DNA from: Antedon mediterranea
Lineage: Eukaryota; Animalia; Echinodermata
Assembly (NCBI RefSeq): GCF_964355755.1
Contig: NC_092670.1
Coordinates: 11,146,795 to 11,210,794 of the forward strand
Direction of reading: 5' to 3'
Length of the DNA stretch: 64,000 bases
Shown: one piece after another, positions 1 to 10,743 of the stretch
How positions within the stretch are numbered: the first letter of the stretch is position 1
How the letters are laid out: every line of letters starts with the position of its first letter
The notes under the pieces: generated by a model
Database searches by the model: none
Told to the model about the DNA's origin: nothing
What the model saw: the letters and a program-made list of their open reading frames with translations, nothing else
Position numbers and translations under genes: made by a program

Positions 1-1162
1 TCCATGGAACACAGTTAAGAGTATTACATAGATTATTGACATCAAGTGCTTTAAAATTGTAAATTATACTTTTACGATTCAAATTATCATTACTACATTT
101 AACATCAAAATTTAAACGGAAATCAATTCTCAAAGATGAGTGGTCAGATAAAAAAATATCGTTAGCAGTATAGACTTTGTCGGAAATGTTTTTACTACAA
201 ATAACAAGATCAAGCATTTTATCCATTCTTGTACAGTACGTATTGCATTGAAATAGGCCACAGCTAGAAAGCAATACATCAAGTAAGTGTTCTCCCATGG
301 ACTGAGCTGGAGCAGAATAAGGGTTACTACTCCAATTAATTTCGGGCAGGTTGAAATCTCCAAGAATGAGGAATTCACTGTTTTTGTAGTAGAGCATAGC
401 GATTTCCACAGACGAAGTAAAACGACGGAGGACATCGGGTGTAGCGTTTGGTGGTCTATAGAATAATCCAACAAGTAGGCTACTACGCCGCTTTAGCTGA
501 ATCTCTATCCACATGAACTCCGTTGAATCACTTTCTAGGCGTTCCACTCGGTTACAGGTAAATTTGTTATTCACTAGCATCAGGATACCACCACCGCGTT
601 TATCAGTATCTCTATCGCGTCGAAATAAAGTGTAATTAGAAACGGAAAGTTCAGAATCGAGCACGTTGCAGTTTAACCATGTTTCCGTAAGTGCAACAAT
701 ATCCAAATTGCTCTGAATTAGGTGTGCATTCAGATCTGAGTTGTATACGTCCATTTTATTCTTCAGGCTACGTACGTTTTGATAGTATACCTTAACTGAA
801 GATGTCTGAGTATTACCTGGACCTGGATTCGATTCAACATCGCCACTTAAAAGAATACAGAATGTAACAGTGGAATTAGAATAGAGCAAACGTGGTGCGC
901 TGTAGATCTTCCTTGACGGTCTGCTGCTACGTTGGAATGCAACAACACTCGTAGTCGTACTGCTTTGACCGCATAGATACAAATTCCAACATTTACATAC
1001 AACGATGCTAGGAATGTTGCAGCTTACCGGCTCAGAGTATCCATCGACTGGCCTTAGCCATTGATTTCTGGATGAAAATCCCATATTAAAACTTGAAAAA
1101 TAGAGGCCAAGAAATAAGTTCAAAATAAGTAGCGGCACACGTAGCCCGGTCGAACACATCAT
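1..1162 (-). mobile_element. CR1/L2-group LINE, 5' portion: open ORF with hydrophobic leader, 2A-like motif and APE endonuclease; runs off the window edge
   Basis: Manual translation from ATG at 1162/1159 has no stop down to base 2: MMCSTGLRVPLLILNLFLGLYFSS...CILLSGDVESNPGP...YYQNVRSL...DIVALTETWL...RRDR...RGGGILM...FYRPP...LGDFNLP...LDLVI...SDH. These are the APE motifs of non-LTR retrotransposons. Missing from the ORF track because no stop lies in the window. Confidence 0.9.
818..862 (-). other. 2A-like (StopGo / ribosome skipping) peptide motif
   Basis: FCILLSGDVESNPGP matches the D(V/I)ExNPGP consensus and lies directly N-terminal to the APE domain. Confidence 0.85.
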
Positions 1163-1264
1163 GTAGACTACAGTATGCCTACGTTGACTGGCCTAGTATC
1201 CACACAATGGGTAGCCTAGCGGAGCTCGATATGAACACGTCCGCTCACAACGAGAATTAGCTAA

Positions 1265-2221
1265 CTTTTTGGATTGGATTACTCTTAGCCAATAACGAAT
1301 TATATTAATGATAATTTGAATTCGGATAGTGAATCTTCCACATTCTCCTCTCACTGCAACACTTGGTGCAGAATTACCTATTCCTAGAATGTATTTACAG
1401 AATCTTAGATGAACTTTCTCTAATACTGATATATCATTTAAACCCCATATTTCGCTACCATAAAGTAAGATTGGCATAATCTTAACATCAAATATATGGT
1501 TCCATATATTAACTTGGAGGTTACCAAAACGTCTATGGGTCAATCCTTTTAATGTGAACAAAGCCTTATTAGCTTGTTGACAATTGTATTCTTTGGCTTT
1601 ATTCCAATTACCATTTGAGTTGAAAACAACTCCTAAATATTTAAAGGATTTGACAATGTCAACTGTATTTCCATTGTAATTCCATTTTTCAAATTTGTTA
1701 AGATTACCACCATTCTTAAACACCATAATATTACTCTTGTTAACATTGACAGTTACATCCCATCTTGTACAATAGGTAGATAACTTGTTTAAATAATATT
1801 GTAGACCATAAACGGTATCACCAAATAACATAAGGTCATCTGCATAGAGTAAATGATTAATTTTTAGATTCCCTATTTGGATTCTATGTTCGTTGCCTTC
1901 CTCATTTAATGTTTCACTCAAATCATTAATAAAAACATTAAATAAAAAGGACGAGAGTGGCGAACCCTGTTGTATACCTATTAGACATTTTAAAGAATTA
2001 CTAATATTGCCGTCGACCTTAACATGTGCTGATAAATTATTGTACATTGAATTAATAGCGTTTAACATTTTTCCTTTTACTCCTGAATTTTTTAGTTTTA
2101 TGTGAAGATATTGATGTCCTACGGAGTCAAAGGCTCGTTTAAAATCAATGAAAGCAACATATACTTTCCCACGTTTTTTCCCTAGGTATTTATTAATGAT
2201 TGTGTTAAGAATAAATACATT
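1265..2221 (-). mobile_element. 5'-truncated LINE reverse transcriptase fragment, interrupted by the 2A-APE element
   Basis: The frame extends upstream of ORF 1193..2068 to about 2221: VAFIDFKRAFDSV, GIQQGSPLSSFLFNVFINDL, LLYADDL, FKYLGV, LLYGSEIWG. RT similarity stops near 1265, where the apparent 5' UTR of the second element begins. Confidence 0.9.
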
Positions 2222-2341
2222 TACTTACAGTAATGATGATGCACACATTTTCTTTTGTTTTTTTAGAATGAATTTATAATTAAGGATTGATGATGTACTC
2301 GTGATATCTTTGAATATTGCCTACACTTGTATACTTCTTAC

Positions 2342-2478
2342 CGTCCAATTGCCACTTTCCCTAATGTCACAGTACACAGTAAACTCTGGTCCTCCATCAC
2401 TTGGCTGCATCACATATTCTCCACTCACAGCAGAAGAATAACATTGTAAAATGTCACCACAGTCCCTCATTAAACACA
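2342..2478 (-). pseudogene. FReD exon 2 homolog with a damaged acceptor (AA instead of AG)
   Basis: [45 protein letters not shown], 137 nt like the paralog exon 60752..60888. Donor GTAAGA is intact. The aligned acceptor reads ttttaa versus ttttag in the paralog. Confidence 0.75.
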
Positions 2479-2557
2479 TTAAAATGTACAAAGTTTGATG
2501 TGTTATTAATTTACTTAATTTTGCACTTAGACTTTGTACTTTCAGAGAGAGAAGAGA

Positions 2558-2645
2558 AGGCAGGATACGAATCATTGGGACCGAAGAGGACCAGTAAGGC
2601 AGGATACGAATCATCGGGACCGAAGAGGACCAGTAAGGCAGGATA
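2558..2645. repeat. 39-bp minisatellite (left block)
   Basis: aggcaggatacgaatca..ggaccgaagaggaccagt repeats at 2558, 2597 and 2636. Confidence 0.85.
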
Positions 2646-2649
2646 GCTT

Positions 2650-3400
2650 GCAAAACAACATGGTAAAACAAACATACAAATAAAAGATCAGACCACCCCA
2701 CAAGTTACCTTTTATGATCTTCATTTAAGAAAACAATACCCTTAACTACAAACGAATCATGGTATCTGTTGGTGGTAAAAGCAGGAACTCTCATACGTCC
2801 ACTTCTAGGGATATAATGTCTGACATTCACATGGAGAGGATGAGTCTCATCAGTCATTATATGACAAAACAAATTTGTAACCCTGACTCTAAAAAGAGAG
2901 TCAACAGAAGGCAAACAGACATCAGTGATTCTGCTAACTTTTTTTAATAAGACGTTCTATTAATTCTTTATCATTGTTAAAGGCAATACCTCCCATCCGG
3001 TTAATCAATAACTCCAAACCACACAAATAACTGACGTATAAAAGATGGTGATTATCTTGTTACAAAAAGTTAAAAGCATTCATTTTTTAAGACAATACAT
3101 ACGAGTATTTCATTTCTTACTAATATATTCTAAATTTAAAATTCATCAAAAATCAATCCTAGGTACTTGTAACTACATACTTTCTCTACTTAATTACCTT
3201 CAACATCAGCAGATGCCTTTAATTTAGTGCGAAAATCTATAACCATTTCCTTGGTCTTTGCAACATTAAGTTTAAGAGAACATTACAAAACGGTCAATTT
3301 ATATTTATAATGAATATAGTTGTCATGTTTGATAAGACCCAAGATGGCCGTGTCATCGGCAAATTTGATGACAGGGCAATCTGGGTAAATAATCGTGACC
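2650..3400 (-). mobile_element. Degenerate Rex1/Babar-like LINE RT 3' fragment
   Basis: Minus strand reads PVIKFADDTAILGLI near 3330-3380 and THPLH...RSGRMR...TNRYHDSF...IVFLN in ORF 2705..2914, resembling Rex1-type C-termini. Frames are broken. Confidence 0.7.
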
Positions 3401-3409
3401 AAAGAGGAT

Positions 3410-3545
3410 CAGTAAAGCAGGATACGAATCATCAGGATCAGGCAGGATACAAATCATCAGGACCGAAGAGGACCAGTAGGGCAGGATACGAATCATCAGG
3501 ATCGAAGAGGACCAGAAAGACAGGATACGAATCATCAGGATCATC
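3410..3545. repeat. 39-bp minisatellite (right block, same unit as 2558..2645)
   Basis: gcaggatacgaatcatcaggaccgaagaggaccag units. Confidence 0.85.
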
Positions 3546-5377
3546 AGCGTTCGTTTACCCTTAATTTTTAAAATGTTAACCGTTTTTTATTCGTAACCTT
3601 TGTCTTTCTGCCTGTTGTTTTCGTCTTCTTGTTGTTGTTTCTGTGTTTTTCTTAAATATATATTTATATTGTGTCTTTAAGACTGTTATTGGCCTTGTTG
3701 GATGTAAATGTGAAATAGAATAAAAATATCTATATTTATTCTTATGAATGTGTTTTGTATAATATTTTGTTGATAACAATTTATAAATCTAATGTATGTT
3801 CTTCTTGTAAAAAATGGCAATTTTGAATTAATAATACTAATAATTGATGATATTATACTGTACTCTTGCTGGAAATTATAACCGTTGAAATCGTGAATCT
3901 GTGTTAAAAATATACCGTAGATATGTTGTCTTTATGAATAATTGTTATTCGTTCTTTGTATATCTCCGATTTAAACATCTCTATGTATATTTTAGAAAAC
4001 GGTGACAACTGATAAATCGGATACCGTGACCACAGGAATTAATATTTGTTGCGCTAACTGATATGTTAAAAGGTGTGGGTGTTCAAAAATGTCCACCTCC
4101 TATTAAGTTGACTAAATTTAAGGTTCGTTCAAAATCCCCTGGGGGTGTTAAACTCCAGTGATGGCTCAAAGATTTTAAGACATATTGTACATATTATTAT
4201 TTAGATTTGGATGTGAAGTATGATGCCATATTAAGTCATTTGGGGGATCGGTAATGGAAACTAGGTACATTACCAAATGTCCATATTGGGTAAAAGCAAA
4301 AATGCCAGAAAGGCCATTCAAGTATTACAAACTTTTTCACCGTTCTGGGGACAATTACATATTTAAGCGTGCGATTAATTAAATTATTATTATTATTGCG
4401 GTTTAATTATAAATCAGAGCCTATCGGGTAATAAATACATAATTGTTTTGAGGATGGGGATTATAATAGGATACAGTTTTTCTTATGTAGTTAAATTAAT
4501 TAAATCAACTTGTATTTCAGAACAAAATCCGTGGTGTCCAAAGTACTGATGTATATAATTTAACACAAATATAATCCTAAACTAAACTATAGTAGGCCTA
4601 CTGTGCATATTCCGGGGTATCAGAGTTACTCCCTAAGGTGCCGACAGTCCTGTACAAACAACTCTAATTTTCCAGAACCTTCGTTGTACCAGCCGTCGCT
4701 AATCAAACAATTCTTCATCTTTACACACCAGGGAAGAGGGTTTACACCATCCGCTAAAATGATTTACCATAGAACAAGTATTTGACCATAAACAATGTTT
4801 TTGTTTTGGCTCTTAATGGAGTCATTTTAAATCAACAGCAAATACGAAAACATTGTTTATTGAACAGGTTTATACACGCTAGCATACATCTCATAAATTC
4901 TCCCATACGTGCTTTGGGGATTTAGAATGCATGATCCTAAATTTGTCCTTTTTAGGTCATATGCATGCATATTATTATTTTCAAAAGCAATTTATTTTTC
5001 TATTTCTATATTTCTTTTCACATTTACTTTAAATTGGTTAAAATACAGTTGGTCTTCTGGAATGTTAAAATTAGTGTATTTCATGCATCAAAACTATAAT
5101 ATCTTCAGATACCAACACATATATTAACATTGCTTAAAATGAAATCATTGATTTCAAGAACAATTGAACTTTTTCACAATCTTAAAATAAATGTAACAAT
5201 TTCTTTGGTGCAAAAATAATTTTAATTTATTTTGTGTATTTTAAGGAAAATGTCTGATGATATACTCTTCTATGAAGAAATTTGAACTGGCAATTCTTTA
5301 ATTAACAATTTATAGTACAACTATGCCATTCAACTTGTAATTGGGCTTTCTTCCCATTTTTGCATACATATAGGTAT

Positions 5378-5565
5378 AGTGTACACAACTTGCTCGTGTG
5401 CACTTTAAAGAACCTAGTACATCTTTCGAGACGAGTAGGGGGTTACCCCGGTGTATTAGTACATATCACAGCCACTGATCACCAACTGGGCCCTCTGGGA
5501 GATCAGTCTTTGACTGAAGAGGTCACCCAGTATAAAAATAAAACAAACAAAAAACAAACAAAACC
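5378..5565 (+). mobile_element. 3' part of a Deu/Nin-type SINE
   Basis: Near-identical to 9145..9322 (agtgtacacaacttgctcgtgtgcactttaaagaacctagtac...) with an (aaac)n tail. Confidence 0.85.
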
Positions 5566-5738
5566 AACTTCCATTTTCTTTTCCATCGTTTATTATAGTT
5601 TATTTTTAGTCTGGAAACCAATAATTTTAAAAGTGGCAAATTCAATGGTAACAAAATATCACCAATCAACATTGATGTGAACTTCCATATAAAGAATCAA
5701 TTTATTTAATATAGAAGTTTGCAAAATTGTATACTTAC

Positions 5739-6036
5739 TCCTTTCAATGTAACAAAATTCAGGCGTTTGAAATATGTTGTTTTCAACTGACGACGTTTCC
5801 AGTATTTGATTATTGATTTGACAAACACGATCTTTCTGGTTATAGTTGACCGACAAGCAATCCGATTTCTTTGAACATTCCAGCAAACAATTTAGTTTGT
5901 GTATATTTTTCAACTCATAACTCCAACCTTCAAGAGCATGCCCCTGTAGGATAACAGTATAATGATATGTATTGATCGAATCATCACTGACAACAATGGG
6001 CAGAAGAAAGACAATAATTAAAGTTAAAGCTAGCAT
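5739..6036 (-). CDS. First exon: signal peptide plus PAN/Apple domain (candidate PAN-FReD gene)
   Basis: MLALTLIIVFLLPIVVS leader, then C-LLEC-SKKSDC-LSVNY...C-QIN (PAN pattern). GTAAGT donor at 5738 in phase 1, matching the phase-1 FReD exon 2 at 2478. The splice link is inference. Confidence 0.75.
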
Positions 6037-7989
6037 TGCGACGTTTTACAATTATCTATTGACGAATGAAACGGTTGTCGTGCCAATGAAATCTACAATT
6101 CGCCTTCAAATACTCGTCGTACGCTTGTATGAGTTTTTTTAACCATTTGGTACGAACTATACTTTCATCTTATGTATATGAAGATACAGTAGATATTCCA
6201 TTATCCAACCAAATCAATAGACAACTCAGTGTGCACCAATCAAAATGGTGATAGTAATGTCTGATTTACATAATAATGCATGAATAAATTAAACATTAAG
6301 ATATGCATGCTGTTTTCTTTTTTTAGACGCATTTTTTTTATATAAATTGTGTTCTAAGTTTAAAATACAAAATACAATATTTAAAATACAGATTACCTTC
6401 TAAAACTTTGGTTTGCTATTCGTATTTCAATTTTTAAATTTATTTTCGTTTTATTGAGAAGGACCTGATTTTCAAAATCTGATTCAATACCTGCAACAAT
6501 TCATAATGCTTGAAGTGTCCAGTTATAATGTTATTTTTATTTGCAAGTCCTACATATTGCAATTGAATCGTGCGTTCGTACGCATTACCTCTTTTTCATT
6601 TTTAAATGAAAAATGGCAATGAAATTGATAATCTTTAATTTCTGTGTAATTTCTTTTTCCCACCTTTAAAAGGCTCATCGGTTAAAATATTGGATAAAGA
6701 GGTTTATATTGTTCTTTATTGTTCTTTTAGGCTTGAAGCTGTTCATTGTGGGTGTCTTCCATTGTGTCCTAACCAGCTGGTTTATCTTGAAATATTTCCA
6801 AGTAATTTGAAATGATCTATGATGATTACGATTAATTTCAGTATTCTGGATAAACAAAATTGTAAATATATGGCGCCACTGCAATTAATAAGTCATTCAA
6901 TATTCCAATATCGAATCACTTTCTCTTGGAATCTCTGTTAGGTGATTGTATTTTTATAATATATGATGAAGATGTTTAATCAAATTATATTGAATAACTT
7001 TTTTCAATATCTTCTGATGACTGTTTACAATACAAAACATCTACATCGATTATCTGCACTGCTTTCAAGTCAAGAATAAAAATGGCATCACATTTTTCAA
7101 AATTGAAGAGAAAATCATATAAAACTAGATTTGAACTTGTCACTTGTTTTCCACGCACACAAACACAACAACGTGCACAGTAATTTGTTATAACCATCCC
7201 ATAATCGGAAGTAAATATGTTTACAGTGCTGAATTGTGTCTACCTGTACTTTGTGCCATAAGGAGGTTTCCTAGAAATGGTATAATCAATGTTTCACGTG
7301 TGTGCACGTTGTGTTTGCGTGGATAGCCGAATCTAGTTAGCCTTAGGTAATGGAATGCAACGTAATACAAGCAGTTGACCAATAACAAGGGATAGTTCGA
7401 ATAATCCATTGCTTGCTTTGCATTATGCATTTGCGTAGTTTGTATGTATTTCTATAGTATTTATCTCCATTTGACAATAATATTTCACCACTTCAATTAA
7501 TAAGTTGTTCAACATTCCAATATTGAATCAATTCGACTCTTTAAATCTCTTTTAGGAGACATAAGACATAAGAAAACTTGTTTATCTCCAAGAAATTGCA
7601 TTTATATTACAGACTGTATATTTATATTATATTTAATAAAAATGTTTAATAAAATTAAACAAATACATTATTGTTGTCCTATATTGAATTACGTGTTTCA
7701 ATCTCTTTTGATGACTATTTATACAAAACAACAGCTGCGACGATTCTCAAGCAACAAGTTAAGAATCAAGTCAATTCAAGTTAAGTAAATGTATTGTCAT
7801 TTGTAAACATATAAAAAACATTTACATTGTAATTAATTTGAACGGTTTCGGCTAACATCAAATAAATAGAACTTAAACTACGTGGTGAAACTATTCCCCG
7901 CCGGACACCATCCCGGTATTTCTAGAACTGGTAATGGTATCACAATATTTTCAAGATTGAAAGGTAAATCATAAAGTTTGGTTGTCATT

Positions 7990-8465
7990 ACTGTACCTGT
8001 ACCACCCTGTACTATAAATAGTCCAGGTATTTTTTTGAAAATGGCCAAAATATCGACAGAATGTTGAGGTAACATGCGCAGAACACGTTATGCGATTCTG
8101 CGCATGCCAATTATGATATAAAATCATGAAAAAATAAAAGGGTCGGAATTTGGTACAGGGTTTTTGTTAAAAATTGCCAAAATATAGACTTTTTAAAATA
8201 TTGAGGTAACATGCGCAGAACAAATTGTTCGAGTCTGCACATGCGCAGAACACTTAATTCGATTCTGCGCATAACAATTATGCTATAGTAACCAGTTATG
8301 GGAAAAAATAAAAGAGTCGAAATTTGGCTAATTTCTCTGTACTATAATACAGGGATTTTTTCGAAAATGGCCAAAATAACGACTTTAAAAAAATGTTGAG
8401 GTAACATGCGCAGAACGAAAATGGCCAAAATATCAACTTTTAAAGTATGTTAAGGTAACATGCCT
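7990..8465. repeat. Degenerate tandem array (aaaatggccaaaata...ttgaggtaacatgcgcagaac)
   Basis: Motif recurs near 8063, 8201, 8395 and 8450, and again near 9428 beyond the inserted element. Confidence 0.65.
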
Positions 8466-8749
8466 AGCAATCGGTTGCATGGATTTTTAAGGGGATGCCC
8501 AAGAATCCATAATAAAATTCCATAAGGATGGAGCTGAGCAGGAGAATGACCGGTCAGCAAAAGTATGTCTGCATGTTCTTGGTTGCAATAATCGAGCATC
8601 TGAAAAGGGGGCGGGGTTTTCGGACACCGAGAATTAGAGCCACAGTACCCCTGCACCAACAATGGTGGGGTCTAAGGTAAAGCGAATTTTGTAATTGTAG
8701 CCTACTTTTTCCTCCGGTAAAACACATCGACTAACAATAGGAACAGCTA

Positions 8750-9413
8750 TTTATTCGGGGTACCCGAGTCTAGGACTCTCTCATCGTCTCCTCTTCCATC
8801 CGACACTATTGAGTAAAAAGTGAGATTTATAATGTACTACTCCTCCCTTATTCGTTGTAGAATTGAGCTAGGATTTGGCATGAATATACATACTGCAGGG
8901 ACATGTCCTCAAAGCTATAGAGCCGGATTTTAAAATTTCAAACCGGATGCAGCCATATGACGTCTCGAAGATGGTACCGTATAGCCGTATAAACTATTGG
9001 TAGCGAGATTATTGGCCGAGCGGTTAAGACAGTGGAACCGTAATCACGTAGCCATAACATCGGCAGGGGTTCGAGGCTCACTCACTCCATGGTTCTGGTG
9101 GTAGAACGAGTCTTCTCGGATAAGGACTATGAACCGTAGGTCCAGTGTACACAACTTGCTCGTGTGCACTTTAAAGAACCTAGTACACCTTTCGAGACGA
9201 GTAGGGGGTTATCCCGGTGTACTAGTACATCACAGCCACTGATCACCAACTGGACCCTCTGGGATATCAGTCTTTGACTGAAGAGGTTACCCAGTATAAA
9301 GATAAAACAAACAAACAAACAAATATTGATGTGTATGTGACATCACATCCCGTCTTATGACGTCATTACAGCTTCTTTTGCTGTACCCCGAGTATCGCAC
9401 ATTCGTGCTTGTT
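8750..9413 (+). mobile_element. HINE/Helentron-like non-autonomous element hosting a SINE
   Basis: 5' ttattcggggtacccgag (subterminal IR plus partial inverse). 3' gtaccccgag followed by hairpin gcacattcgtgc and ttgtt. Confidence 0.55.
9003..9323 (+). mobile_element. Full-length tRNA-derived SINE with Deu/Nin-like central domain
   Basis: A box tggccgagcggttaag, B box ggttcgaggctc, central ggataaggac..aaccgtaggtcc...ttaaagaacc...agtagggggttatcccggtgt, (aaac)n tail. Further copies at 5378 and about 9980. Confidence 0.8.
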
Positions 9414-10743
9414 AAAATCATAATAATTGAGGTAACATGTGCATACCACATTATTTGATTCTGCGCATGTCATTATGTCATTTTTAAATATAACTTGTTA
9501 CCATGAGATGATACTAACATTTACATGTACATATACAGCAACATTAGTGAATAATATTCAGTTTTAAAAAGTCGGAAGTTGGCCAAAAAAAATCTGAGCG
9601 GGTTTATAATATGATCAAAGCAATTTGTTACTTTAAATTAAAAAACTGTTGAAACAGTGTAGTTTGTATGAATACATTCAACTGAATGGTAGACGTTTAT
9701 TAAATCTATGTGACGTGCTATATTAAATATCAAATGCAAGTAAATATATTATAATCCGTCACAGTAAGTTCAATAAAAAATCAAGCTAGTAGTAGTAAAT
9801 ACATTTTGTTTGGTAAACTATTCCTGGTAAACTGAAATACTAACACACACACACAATTTTTGTATTTAAATTATTAGTCTTAAATAATTAATAATGGAAT
9901 GTAATTAATACTATATTTACAATTTTAAAAGTGGACGGAACCTGTAACAGTTTACAGTCTAATATCAGCACAGGTTTAAGGCACTCCTTGGTCATGGTAG
10001 TAGAACAAATCTTCTCGGATAAGGGAGGCCACTAGCGTAGAGAAGTGACAAGATCCATTACATGACAATATGAATTCATGTCAGCGGATGGGGGCGATTT
10101 TATTATTATACAGTAGGGTAATTATATACTACAATCGATCTCCATACTTAAGTCAACTCTCCAAATACTGGACTCTCCGAAAACCTGAAACTCCCCCAAA
10201 CTCCATACTTTTCCTGAGGTCCAAAAAAAGTCCTAAATTCGTTCCTTACCGTAATTTCTGGAAAACAGACATATTAGGCCAGTACAAGGGTGTAAGAGTT
10301 TACTACCAACATATATAGTGTATAGGCCTACATGTATGTGCATGTGATAGAGGGGGACTTTAAATCAAGCAAAGTTTGATAGTGTAGACAATTAAGAATG
10401 ATGAACAATGTAGGCTACAATTGAAAGAAAAAAATTGTACTGATGTAAACAAGATCATAAATTTCAAGAGTATGATGCAATGGTATTCCCTAACAATGCG
10501 CGTACCCTGTTAATCCTGTCATGGTATATTCGTCTATTTATTTATTCTTTTTACAGTATCTTAATTAATGTAACTAGTCCTTAGTGGGCCTCCTATCACA
10601 AGCCCCTTGGGGTTTCTTAATGGTCCCTTTCATGTTTAAAAAATGTTTTACTCCTTGTTTGTTTTGTGTGTTTTTTTTATGAGATGAATAAAGAGAAATT
10701 ATGTTATGTCAGAAATAAAGGTGGTGAATAAGTGAACAAAATA

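Noticed and set aside
130-474. 114-aa minus-strand ORF
   Set aside because: Alternative frame of the LINE endonuclease ORF.
1190-1195. RT fragment and the 2A-APE ORF are in the same frame separated by one TAG, suggesting readthrough fusion
   Set aside because: Domain order RT then APE is explained by nested insertion; a shared frame has a 1 in 3 chance and the RT lacks its 5' part.
9003-9085. tRNA gene
   Set aside because: A and B boxes are present but continue into a SINE body and tail; no convincing cloverleaf.
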